Source of the DNA: Octopus sinensis
Lineage: Eukaryota
Assembly: GCF_006345805.1 (NCBI RefSeq)
Contig: NC_042998.1
Coordinates: forward strand, 161,510,001-161,574,000
Length of the DNA: 64,000 bases
Direction: 5' to 3'
Part shown: one piece after another, positions 40,043-52,475 of the stretch
Layout of the letters: every line of letters starts with the position of its first letter
Numbering within the stretch: the first letter of the stretch is position 1
Made by a program: the position numbers and the translations under genes
The notes under the pieces: generated by a model
What the model was told of the DNA's origin: nothing
Database searches by the model: none
Seen by the model: only the letters and a program-made list of their open reading frames with translations

Positions 40043-41329
40043 TATATAATTTGCTTCATCATTCTTCTTTTATTATTTTTTACCATTCCTAAATTGCTTT
40101 TGACAAGTCACATTCTTAAATAATGGCTTAAATACTCCCGCACAAACACATAGGCACGCTCATGCAAACGAAGACCCTGCTATCATGTTTGTTTTCGTTA
40201 TTTTTTTCAAAAATTTTATTTGTTTTTGCCCTTTTCCTTTTCTATCTATCAACACATTGCATTCATTGACGTTTCCTCGAGTCTATTATAAGTGATAGTA
40301 TAATGTGTTATCGCACGATAATCTAAAAAAGAAAAACGTAATCTCCGAGGGTATGGATTTCTTCGTGTATAAATAGTAGTTCAAAGTTTCAAGAATCCAC
40401 TGATGACGTTAGTTGCTAGATAAACTTTTACTGGAATCACATATCTATTTCAGCGAAATTTTGTTTAGTCTAAAGTCTTCAGATCTTCACAAAAAGTCAT
40501 AAAATGCATCTTAAAACAAAATCTACACACTCACACACACACGCACAGATACGCACAGATAGATAAATAGAAAGGATACAGACATAGATAGATAGATAGA
40601 TAGATAGATAGTCCATATATTTATTTTAGCATGTCTCGGTTGCTAGCTTATGACACTTCGTATAACGAATTCTCTCGCTGTATATACAGACATTTGTATG
40701 TTTTTATGTATGCACATATATTATATATATATATATATACTAAGCAATTAAGGGTTTAGCAACGAATTGCCTTACCACACACCGAATTTAGAAATAGCAG
40801 TCAAAGAGATTATAGCTATGTGTGTGTGTGTGTGTACACACATCTATCTATCTATCTATCTATCTACCTGTCTGTCTGTCAGTCTGTAAATATAGGTAAA
40901 TGCACACGTATCTGCGCGTATGATATCAAATGCACGACTTTTAACCAGTTTTTTTTCTCCTTTTTTTATGAAGTTTCTCTGTCCCTCTTCCAATGACTCA
41001 CGAAGTTTGAGGTGGCAGTGGGATGTGTTAATGTTTTCATACTAAACTATAATTTAGCACCACCCACTGAGAAACTTATATCGGAACACATTAAATCTCC
41101 TCAGTAAATCTGAAGACGTGTGTTTAACTTGCCCAGGGGTGTAAAACATAGATACAGTACTGACATTTCGGGTTATTTACCATTTGGCGAAGGGTAAAGA
41201 GGTGGGTGCATTGAATTAATCAGCGGCCATTACTTGAATACACTTCATCGAAGGGATTGTGTCTTCTTCCGTATCTCACAGTATTTTGACTTCGATACAT
41301 AATGGATCCATTTCTGGATTTCCTTTCAT

Positions 41330-41760
41330 TATTGCTGCCGTCGCTGTTACTTATCAGGTTCGAGATTCTGTCTTAATGTTCCTTAGAAAATTGAGGGCTC
41401 CCTGGAATGAGGTACACTCTTCGACAACTTGATAAGCTTTAGCGTCGCAGTCAACTAGAAGTACAGCTAAATGCTATTCGGTTAATATTTTTGTTTGCTC
41501 GATGTACACTTGTAACATTTTCCACTAATAATGGTAATCTTCAAACGGCTTATCAACAAGTTTTTTTCTGGAAGATTTTCGAATCCATTACAGTTCTTCA
41601 GACTGAATAAATGTGTGTTGCATGTAGATGTTAAAGATGCAGCGACCGAAGGTTTTATTCAATCTTAAGCCAACTTGAACTAGGAAATGTATATACTGCG
41701 GAAGGGAGTGATACAAAAAGATTGGTGGACTAGAACATTCTCACAGCAGTTTTTCAATGT
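41330..41760 (-). mobile_element. Second, shorter copy of the same Gypsy family (LTR plus gag start)
   Basis: Reverse complement aligns with 35770-36110 (GTATCACT..CTTCC.CAGTATATA, GAATAAAACCTT.GGTCGC, GTGTACATCGAGCAAACAAAA); translation LQVYIEQTKILTE*HLAVLLVDCDAKAYQVVEECTSFQGAL. Confidence 0.78.
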
Positions 41761-42559
41761 AAAACTACAAAATATGTGTTATTTACTCTTTCTTCCCCAC
41801 CTTTTTTTTTTTTTTTTGGTCATTTTCCGCTTATTAAATGCTGAAAACACTTGCTATTGTCGCAATGTTGACATTATTGTTGTTTCATCTTACGATTGCA
41901 CTCACGCACAAAATGACAGCTTCCAAATTCTGCTTTCTGACTGGGCAAAAAATTATCAAAATTTAAATCTCTGTAACTTTTTAAAAATCTTTACTGGAAC
42001 AAGTGAATTAGGCACTGGGATTCAGCGTGAAAAATTACATCACTAAATTACATCACCAAATTATATCACCAATTTACATCACCAAATTTGAAAAATTTCA
42101 CTTAATTTTAAAATTTCAATAAGTGAAGCCAAACAGAAATGATCCTTCATCTTTCTATACTCTGTGGAAAGGTATGTTACTTTCGGGCAAAAACGCTAGT
42201 ATCAAGGCAACCGAACTTACTAATAATTAATAAATACTACTTATTAAATTTCACTAAGGAAATTTAATAACAATAGTACCAGCGGCAACTACAAAAACAA
42301 CAATAATAAAACACTTTAGTTTGAATATACCATACGTAAACCTATCACTAATGTACCAAAGCGGGAATCTTTACGGAGTCATTAGATATGCTATAAAATA
42401 TCAACCATATTTCCCTCAAATTGCATCCTACCATCTTAAAAAAGAAACTTCGAATAATTTAGTCCTAGATACACAATGCAAAAAAGAAATATTGGATGGT
42501 TGTAACTGAAATATCCTTGGTAATCGATCTGCCCGGTTACGGATGACCTGGGGTTAAAT

Positions 42560-43450
42560 AACAATAACCTTATCATTTAATATCGGTTGAATAGTGTCTT
42601 TCTGATACTTATCCCAAGTTTGGTGCAACATAGAATTTGTAGTAACATCAGAAAATTTCGTCAGCTTTTTCACAAACAGTTACGCATTTAGCTTCTGTAT
42701 CTCTTCGTCCTCGATTGGTTCTAGCGAATTTGAAGCACATTAGCTAGATCACTCATTTGTTCCAAACTGTTGGTGGTTGTCAGAACATTTATAAACTTTC
42801 CAATGTAAAACTGAATCTTCGTTATGCGATCCTCGATGAAGTCTGTCGTCTTGTTTTTCTCCAACTGATTTTAACATCTTTTTTTCAAATCACCAGTTTT
42901 TCTAAAGGTCGCAGACTAATCTATTGGTTGGGAGAATAACCTGCATTTTCCAAGTTAATTACAGCCGACTAGTTTGAAGAACCCATTGATGCATTATAGA
43001 ACTACCAACATTTTCCTTTATTCGGTTGGGTGTTTTAATCACACAGTACTATCCATTTCGACATTCGACTGTAACAAACATTAAAACGCTCCTCACGTCT
43101 GTAACCTCTTTCTTATCTCTCGTGGAAAAAAAATTCCATGAAGAAATATTTATTGATATACGAATTCATTAATTTTATCAAACCCTTCGCTTCTTTTGCA
43201 GTAAAAGCTTTTGGCAAATTTTCTCCTTTGGTCTCGACTCTGGGCTTCAGTTGAACCCCTGTTTTTTTTTTCTTTTTCAACTCTACCTCAGTATCCTGCC
43301 CCAGCTATTTTATGGCATCTTTTCTTCCATCTTCCTTGTTGGATCCAGGTGAGGGCTTGGCGTGTTCGTCTGAGGGAAGTCCTTCCTCTTTCAGGTTTTG
43401 AATTATCGTCGATGTTTCTGTAACTACCCTTATTAATTTTTGTTTTCTTG
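42560..43450 (-). pseudogene. Unclassified decayed ORF (TE- or virus-like)
   Basis: Protein-like segments across frameshifts: KPRVETKGENLPKAFTAKEAKGLIKLMNSYINKYFF / STRDKKEVTDVRSVLMFVTVECRNG / EKNKTTDFIEDRITKIQFYIGKFINVLTTTNSLEQMSDLANVLQIR / EPIEDEEIQKLNA*LFVKKLTKFSDVTTNSMLHQTWDKYQKDTIQPILNDK. No motif recognised. Confidence 0.3.
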
Positions 43451-44975
43451 GTAGTCGTGTTGGCCTAACGCAAACCGATTTTTATTCCTAGGATGAGAAG
43501 GTCCATATTAGTCTGGTCTCTATCATTTGACATGTCTAGTACGGAAGACCCTACAAGGATCTAACGCTCTGCAGCATACAAGCCACCCCATCGTAACAAA
43601 GACTGGACCTCATGGTGGATAGATACATGGAGGGATGACATATGTAATCTACGACCTTCCTTTTTGGGTCTATTTAATCGCGCTAACTCTTCTAATATTT
43701 GTGACCTTGTAAAGCGACGGACCGACAGAATCGTTGGCACGTCGGACAAAATGATTAGTGATATTTCGTCCGTCTTTACATTCTGAGTTCAAATTCCTAC
43801 CAGGCTAAATTTGCCTTTCATCCTTTCGGAGGCCAATAAAATAATTACCAGCTGAGCAGTGGGGTTGATGTATTTGGCTTACCTCAACCCCTAAAATTGC
43901 TGGTCTTGTACAAAATTTTGAAACCAATATCTATGACCTTGTGCCTTCGCAAAAAATTCTGTTGCTGCCATCTTAAGACATTATTAGTATCAATTCGGGA
44001 TAGGAAAAAAGTGGATGTCCATGTTACTCATTTAACCACAAATCGGTTGTCGTTTCCTATAAATGCGTTATCGGTTTAAACGAACAGCTTTACTTCCAAT
44101 GGTCATTGTGTGTGTTTCACTTAAAATCATAGTTCAGCCAAACCTTATCAGATTGGCTAATTTATTTTTCAAACTGTGATAGTTCGCATTGCGAACTATC
44201 ACACTTCAATTCGATGTGTGTGTGTGACGAGAATTAACACGAGGAATATGAAGAATTAGGCTTTTAGAAAATATATATTTAAATAATTGAAGCAGTTCAA
44301 AGCAAAGTTGTGGGCATTAAAACATTGTACTATGCGAAAAAGAATTTTTGTTTTGTTTATAAATTATATGTATTACACACGTGCACACACACGCACAACT
44401 AGACAGATAACCATGTTCATACGTATCTGTCTAGCTATCTATACGTACATACATACATATATACGTGTGTGTGTGTGTTTAAAGAAAAAAAAAAAGGAAT
44501 AATCTCTAATTGTGCACGATAAAATATTACTTCAATATCAATATATTGTTTCTTGGTGCTCTTCTTTTGCTTCTTTCAGTTTTATATCCTCGATATTCAA
44601 TATCTCTAGTTGCAGTCATTATAGGAAAACGTATTATTTTAACGATTCTAATTTAATAATAATATAATACAATGGCTCACGAGGCGATATATTTATTGAG
44701 GATGTGGATGGGTTAATGCGAATCGACTCCTGAATATTGGTAACATTAATTTATCGATCTTGAGAGGATGACAAGATAAGTTGAACCCGCTGGGATTAAA
44801 TTCAGAGTAGGTCTCAAGCGTTGCTTTGTGACACACTGCTGAGCCGCGAAATGTAGATATTTGCACTGGAAAGTAATTGTTTCAAATAATAGCACAAAAC
44901 CAACAGTTTTAGGGTGAGAGGATTAGTTGGTTACATCAACCCCAGTACTTGGCTAGAACTTCCTTTTATCGGCAC

Positions 44976-45284
44976 TGTGGTGTTATGAGCCAGGCTGTGT
45001 TGTAGGGAAAGATCGGAAGTGAAGGAATAGGCTTGTCCTGTCGGAAGTGGGGCCTGTGGATCCCACCGGAATTGCCGCGGTGGACATGCGGCATTTAGTG
45101 AAGTACGAGGGTCAGTCGGCGGCGAACAGCACATCAGATCAACGGATAGCGCACGTGGTCGTGGAGTGAACCTTAGAGATCGGGACAGCTCGTGGATGTT
45201 GAAAGTGACCTTTTCTCCGGACCGACAGGTAAGACTACCGTAATTCTCTCTTCGCTTCCGTCTTTTTTCTTCCTTTACATCACA
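44976..45284. mobile_element. Solo LTR (309 bp) inserted into a family B SINE
   Basis: TGTGGTG...CATCACA termini; 5-bp TSD GGCAC at 44971-44975 and 45285-45289; the flanks rejoin as the SINE core TTTTATCGGCACCGAAGGGATGAAGGC. Confidence 0.88.
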
Positions 45285-47454
45285 GGCACCGAAGGGATGA
45301 AGGCGAAATTGCCCACAGCGGAATGTGAAGTCAGAACGTAAAATGTCGGAATAAACGTCACAAAATATTTTGTCTGAAGCATCCACGAGTCTGCCAGCCT
45401 TGGTATAAATTTCTAATTTTGGTACAAGTCACTTAAATTATGGGAGCGGGTGCTAGTCAATTACATCGATCCCAGTGCTCAACTGGTCCTTATTTCATCG
45501 ACTCTGAAAGGATGAAACGAAAAGCTGACGACAGTGAGATTTGAATGAAAAGAGCCGGAAGAAATGCATTGTGTCTGACGCGCTAACAATTCTATCTTGC
45601 TACCTTATGAACTCGAAGATGGTAAAAATATGTTAATTGAAATTATCAAGCTGCTGCGTAAAGCACAGTTTAACATGATATTTTGATGAAGGGTTTTAAA
45701 GTAGATCTCTTTAATACAGGAAGGTTGTATTATAAAACGAGGGACCGTCTTAGGCAGGTTAGTATCAAAAGAATATAAAATATGTAAAGAATACAAATTG
45801 AAATTCTGAGATTTGATAACTATATTTCATTTATTTGATAAAGAATTCTTCGAAATATTTTGTTTGCTCTGAAGAGCATCATGAGATAGATAAAATAAAT
45901 AAATAAATTAATGAATAATCCTGACGTAACAGAAAGAAACTTGATACAGTTTGGATTCTAATATTATAATGAATTAATCTTCTAATGAAATAAGTTATGT
46001 CAATCACAGCAGAATGAAAAAATAGCTTGCTAATATAGTTTGCTATATGGTTTCAACCAAATGTTGAAGTGGAAGGTGTCAAATGACAAATAGCGAATAT
46101 GCTGCAGGAAGAGACCTTTTGTGTCTCTATTGGCAGAGTTCTTAGACGTCGGACAAAATATCATGCGATACTTGTTCTGGATCTTTTGCGAACTGAGTTC
46201 AAATCCTGCAGGGGTGAACTTTGTCTTTCATCCTTTCTTGACCGATAAAAATAAGGTACCAGTCAAATATTGATGTAAATAATATCAACTGATTCCCAAC
46301 CAAAGTTTTTCTCCTTGTGCCTAAATCAGAAAACATTTTGGTTCTAAAACGGTATTTTTCATGGTATACGAAGTATTTTCAAAAGTGACTACAGAACGCA
46401 ATACTTTATAAATTTACATAAGTGCACACACACATACACACAAATATATACGTTTTGAGTTCTGTAATCTATCACTTCTCAGTGAATCAACACAAATGAG
46501 TGTGTGTGCGGGTGAGCATCCCAACATTCTTTTTCTTCTTCGTTAGTGCGTCGGACATAATGCATAGTGGCATTTCTTCCGGCTTTTTACTTTCTGAAGT
46601 CAAATCCCGCCGAAGCTAATTTTGCCTTTCATCCTTTCAGAATAAATAAAATGAAGAATTGAGATCGATTAAAATTCCTGTTTAAATTGCTGGGGTTTTT
46701 TTTTTTTGCCAAAATTTGAAACGATTATTGTTATTAATCTCCGACACTGACGTAGAAAGACTTGCGACTTTTTTTTAACAAGTTTAACTGAAGGAGAAAC
46801 CATTTGGAACGTTTTATGGATATGTTTCTTCTATTGGGAGAGAATTAAAGATTAGTGAATTTTAGAAGTTTTAAATATAAATTTGCTGTGTTTAGCGAAT
46901 GAGACCGGGGGCAACGCCACCTCAAAGTAAATCTACTCTTCTGGTGCCAACTTGCCAGAGGCCACCCTTGTTCTATGCTATAAACTTTATTCTAGAGTGA
47001 TTTAAATTCATACTTACCCTCGTAATTTCATGCTAATTTCTGTCCCAAGCATCAGTTTAATAATATTGAAGTTATTTTAATAAATTCTTCATTATTTCCA
47101 AAATTAATTGCGCAATGTTTTTTTTTCCTACAGAAATATGGTAATGTAAGCAAGAAACACAACCACAAAATAAATTGAAAATGAAAATGAAGAAAGTTAT
47201 GCAATGTGGTTCACAATAGACATTAACAGTCGCGAGAACATTTTTAGAAAAACTTTTGAGCAACACCATCTGCAAACGCAACAACTTATCTACATTCACA
47301 CATTACTGCTGGGTACAGGCAATTTTTAGACATCAATAAAATCTAGTTGCAGTAGACGAGAAGGGCAAAAAGAGCAAATATCTTAAAAAATGATCAAGCC
47401 TGTGACAGTGGAGGCTTCCAGCTTTCTTGGTCCCCGGACCATATTCCTGCTTAC

Positions 47455-47554
47455 CGCTATCGGTATGGCTGTCTGCAAGTGCGAGTTCTGTGAGTAAGAG
47501 TGGTTGTTCTAGCGCATCTGTCGGCATCCTTCGAGACAACGCCTCTGGGACCAT
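47455..47554 (-). CDS. Candidate coding exon of an unidentified minus-strand gene
   Basis: Locally GC-rich unique sequence; MVPEALSRRMPTDALEQPLLLTELALADSHTDS+G then donor |gtaagc; frame open upstream to a possible acceptor near 47596 (GEEPAISCNSDCR). Confidence 0.45.
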
Positions 47555-47975
47555 GCGGCAGTCTGAATTACAGGAAATTGCAGGTTCTTCTCCTTAATGT
47601 AAGGTTACTCTCTATATATGCATGACGACCAAATACTGTCATTTAGATTATTATTTCAGACGGCAAATTATTCTTTTTCTACTTATGATTTTGAAGACGA
47701 GAAGAGATATAAACATACGCAAGACAGACCATTAATAAAGTGCTCACCAGTAATTTCCGAGCATTAAAAAAATAATCTGTAGACGAGCAAGCTTGTGTTT
47801 TCCTACGTCTCTACCAGCCTCACAGGTTTAATCAGGCTCTTTTGGGTCATCACGGCCAAATACGAGTAGTGAGGGAAGAACACAAGTCGTGTTTACAATC
47901 TCGATGGAAGATTTGTCGTAGATAGAGCGTATCCTGCCCGGGGAGTAAAATTTTTTCCCACGAGAGTTCCGGACC

Positions 47976-48008
47976 CCAATAATGAACTCATTTGCATACA
48001 GCCAATCA
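47976..48008 (-). promoter_or_regulatory. CCAAT - octamer - CCAAT promoter-like module
   Basis: CCAAT 47976-80, ATTTGCAT 47990-97, GCCAATCAG 48001-09; about 430 bp upstream of the candidate exon. Confidence 0.45.
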
Positions 48009-48189
48009 GAGCTCACCTTGACCGTGTTGTCAAGTTAAAAATACACTCTATCAAGTAAACTCAAGACGAAGAACGGTTTTGTAAGTCGACCGATCGCCAA
48101 ATTATGCCTGATTTTAGAGGGGGACAAGTAATTAGACAGATTTGCATCCATACCTATTATCGGATTTTGTTAGGGCCCCATATGGTAAA

Positions 48190-48370
48190 GATGTGGATGG
48201 GAAAAATTACCTTAGAAATGAGAACCCAGGTTCGAAATTTCCCCAAGACACCTGAAGAAGACTGGAGAGTATATCAGCCGAAACGTTGTGTTAACAACAA
48301 ACAAGATGAGGACAAATATCCATCGAATGTAAATAATGTACATAATTCCTCATCTCTTAAATATAGAACA
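48190..48370 (+). mobile_element. Penelope-like terminal-repeat fragment
   Basis: Contains the minimal hammerhead typical of PLE terminal repeats, followed by AACAACAAACAAGATGAGG.. Confidence 0.6.
48247..48292 (+). ncRNA. Minimal type-I hammerhead ribozyme motif (PLE type)
   Basis: Stem I GACAC - CTGAAGA - a - stem II GACTGG/TCAGCC (one mismatch) - GAAA - CG - T - T(H17) - GTGTT; palindromic ACGT stem III. Confidence 0.72.
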
Positions 48371-49763
48371 GAGTTATTTTGTTTTGGAAATTTAATTTAT
48401 GAGAAGATTAATAGACGAAGGTTATTTTCATCTTCTTTTATCAAGTTATTTTCATTTAAAACACACACACAGAAAGGGAAGGAAGAAAATTCTTTCAAGT
48501 TTTCGTGATGTTTTCATTTTGTTTATCAACTCATAGAAACTGCAACGTTCGTTTCGTCGGCAATAGAGATGCACGATTGGAGAGAAATTCAAACGTTAAA
48601 GGCTTCTAACTTTATTATTGCATTGTGTTAGAATTTTTTTTTTATGGTCAGTAAGTGTTATTTCTTATTTGCTTCTTTCTAGAATTCAAATGAAATGATT
48701 ACCATTCCCTTCAAACTTTGCTTTTGCGACCTGACTGCCAATATTTTGAAACTGACCTATTTTCCATTACATTTCACACAGATTCAGTGCTGAGTTGCGG
48801 AAGCAGAAATATCGTTACAGCAAATATCCTGCTCAAAAAAAAAAAAAAAAATTTGCTTGTCAGTTGCTTCACTTTAACCACTTGGGCATGTCCCTTTGTG
48901 GCTGACAATATGTGCATCTCTGATCATGAGCAGTAGTGGAGAGCGTCATAACCGTGTGTCAAGATGGATTTGGGGGGGTTTTGAATAAATGTAACTAAAG
49001 CAAAATTTGAAAGAAATATTAACCATTTTTTATTCTTTCTATGGGTAAACAAATATTAAATAACAGTTGCCGCCCGAGGACTAAAATCGTGTTACACAGT
49101 GTTATTAATATCTACAGAAATTGAAGGTGATTTTCGTCATCAGCATTCAAAACTAATATCAGTGTCGAAAATTGGAAAAATTTCTGATGGTAGGAAGGGT
49201 TTTTTCAACATCCGTTTATTCTTTTTTATAACCTCGTTATCCAAACCCATATGATGTTTTTCCAGCCGTCTGTTCTTTTATTCTTTTAATTGTTTCAGTC
49301 ATTTGACTGCGGCCATGCTGCAGCACCGCTTTAAAGGGTTTTATTTGAAGAAATCGACCCCAGGACTAATCCTTTGTAAGCTTGGTACTTATTTTATTGT
49401 CTCTTTTGCCGAACCGCTAAGTTAAGGGAGACATAAACACATTAATATCGGTTGTCAAGCGATGGCAGGGTGCAGAAATGCATACGCATATACATACATA
49501 CACACATATACATATATGACAGGCTTCTTTCAGTTTCCATTCACCAAATCTACTCACAAGGTTTTGGTCGACCTGAGGCTAGATTAGAAAACATTTGCCC
49601 AAGTTGCCACGCGGAGGAACTGAACCCGGGATCATGTGGCTGGGAAGCAAGTTCTTACCACACAGCCACTCTTGCACCTATGTATATGTTTATGATGGAC
49701 AGCTCGTCATACTAGCCTTTGAATGGTTTTGATTATGTAAAACACTGAGAACATGCCTTGACA

Positions 49764-49938
49764 CCAATAAGAAACCAACCAATGATTGCTATGCTCGGCT
49801 TTTGTATAAAATGATCACAGAGGAATTTCGAAAACTCATAGTTTTAATTCCACCAATCATAACCATTAAATTTGTTCCAATCAAAAGAACGTCATTGGCA
49901 GATAACATACGCAGTAAGGACTACCATATTCAACCAAT
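49764..49938. promoter_or_regulatory. Cluster of six CCAAT/ATTGG boxes
   Basis: CCAAT at 49764, 49779, 49853, 49877, 49934; ATTGG at 49894. Confidence 0.4.
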
Positions 49939-50384
49939 GTAAATAGCTACTTTTCGTGAAGCTGCATGGCGAGTCTGGATTTCATTTTCATTAAAGAGTT
50001 ACACGTGTCCAGCTAACACCTTATCCAGGTGGCCTGTCGTAGACAACGAAAAATCAATTTATCTCACACGCTTTGACGCTAGCTACACACACATGTGTTC
50101 ATTATTCTTGTACTTGTTTCGGTCACTGGACTGCGACCTTGCTGAGGCACCACCAGTCTTATTTTTAAAGTCAGGTACTTATTCTATCGTTTTCTTTTGC
50201 CGAACCGCTAAGATACAGAGATGTGAACATACATCCGGAGCTAGAATAGAAGACACTTTGTCCAAGGTGGCGCGCAGTGGGATTGAACTCGAAAGAACGT
50301 GGTTACAGAGCGAACTTAACCACATAGTCTTAAGTACTATTATTGTTTCTCCGTTGCAATAATTTTCTCTGGTTCGCTGTAACC

Positions 50385-50712
50385 AGGTTCTCGACCAGTT
50401 TTTAGCTCCGGACCCCTTTGATTACTATTTTATTCTGGCGGACCTCTACTGTTATTCAAAAACTAGTTTTATAAAAACCTCTTTGAAAATTCTTATTTTG
50501 TTTTTCATACATTAACTTGTGTACGTTGAATTGTATAAAACGTTAGAAAAGGTAATCCGGCTGTTTCTTGCAATAAATAAATCTGAAACCAAATTTTTTC
50601 ATGGACACTTGGTATATTACTATGGGTCTCCAGCTTAACATTTTGCTTACGTGGACCCAAAAAATCTTATAAGGATCTCAAGGTGTTATAGGGACCCGGT
50701 TGAGCACTACTG
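50385..50712. mobile_element. Possible hAT (Charlie-like) MITE
   Basis: Degenerate left GGTTCTCGACC and right GGTTGAGCACTACTG ends. Confidence 0.4.
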
Positions 50713-52475
50713 TTTTAGGCGTTTGGCAGAATCGTTTGAGTTTCCGAAAATGTTTTGCAGTATTTGTTTCAGTCAATGCGTTCTGAGTTCAAATCCAACC
50801 GATTTTTTACTTTGCCTTTTATCACTCCGGGGTCGATAAAGTATAGACAAATACTGAGTCAATGTAATCGACAATTCTTTCCCTTCAAATTTGTTGGCCT
50901 TGTGTCTAAGTTAGAAGCCGTTATCAAATGCAACATTTATATCTAAAGAAAAAAGATTTCTTTCTACCCAACAAACTTTAAATTAATGCTAAATGTGGTT
51001 TGCATGAAAAGACCATAGTGGCAGAATAAATAAATGATTATTGTGTCCATTAATTACGTAGATATTGAACAAATACTATCACTTTTTAATATTTATATAT
51101 ACATGTGTAATCTTATTGGTGGAAAACATTTTTCTTAGTAGAATTTATTCAAGTTCAAAGATGAGCATATGGCTTGCTTATCTCTTCTCTTTAGTCATTC
51201 GTGTTACGAAACCATTAGAAGTGGTGTTGGACGTTCTTGCGGGATGGGAGTCGATATGGAAATATACAATTTTAAGCCTTTGGCTGTCTTTGCTTTACGG
51301 TTGACAGATTTGTAATCAAAAGACATACAAATGTCAACCACATTGCTTTCAGTTCTCTTCTTTTATTCCTCTACAACCCTATTTCCTTTATAGTCTTCCT
51401 TGAAACAAAATAAAGGAAAAAATAAAGAAAAGGAAGAAAAGCAATCACAGAACAGTATCGGTTTCTAAAAGTACAAACGAACATTGAGCTTTTGAGCTTA
51501 CTATTTGAAGAATAAATTCTTGCTTTATTCATCACTACCAATTCCAATGGAAACAATTTTCTTTTTTTTTTTCTTCCATTTATTTAGTTCACCAACACAC
51601 AGATACTTGAATTTTAAAAGCGTAATTTCGCCATATGTACCGTGTTTTGGCGATAGTTATGCACATATGTAATGTTTTCATTTCCTGCTTTGGCGCAACT
51701 TTTGTTCTGCCAATTCTAAATATATTTGGAGAAAAGGGAAGTTCTAATATGTCTAAAGTAGCTTACTTAATCGCACAACTCAAGAACATATTGTGAACCA
51801 GTTCAGAAGTTATGATATTTTAAATTGTTTTTGTCTTGGAATTTTTTACTTTTTTTTTTTCATCGTTGAACGAGCGTAATATTTTCTGACAGAAGAACAA
51901 TAAAATATTGCAGAAAACACTCCTAATGCTTAAGTATTATTAGTATTTTTTTGCCGTTTGATGTCGGCGGTTTCAGTTTCCGTTACACACAAACACACAC
52001 AAAATACTTGTATGAAAGTAGTTCCTGACTCCATTTTTTTAAAAAACTGAATAACTACGAAGTTGTTTAACCCCAGGTCAACTCTGAGCAAATCGATGGT
52101 TAAAAGTATTCCAGCTTTGATGATCCCGTCTTTTAACATTGGCCATCTAGTTCTGCATTATTTTAATTTATTATTTGAAAACGATGCAGCATAATTTGAG
52201 GGAGATTTAATTGCTAATGCTTGGATGCCAAATGACCACATTGTGGTTTCCCTTTGGGAAGTGCGTGTTGTATACGCATTTCATTTTTTTGCAATTCTTA
52301 TTCGCCTTTTTTCCTGATAAAACTGGACGAGGAAATCTTTGCAATCGTAATTTTAATCATGACTTATGAAAATAAGTATGTATTATACATATAGTTTTAC
52401 GGCACACTCCCCCACTCACAGAATTTAAAAATTAAAAGCTATCCGAATACGAAATAAGTATACAAGTTGAATATA

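Noticed and set aside
42032-42088. 13-bp unit AAATTACATCACC repeated about 4.4 times; also a 27-bp duplication at 21181-21234
   Set aside because: Ordinary short slippage repeats with no unique spacers; not CRISPR-like.
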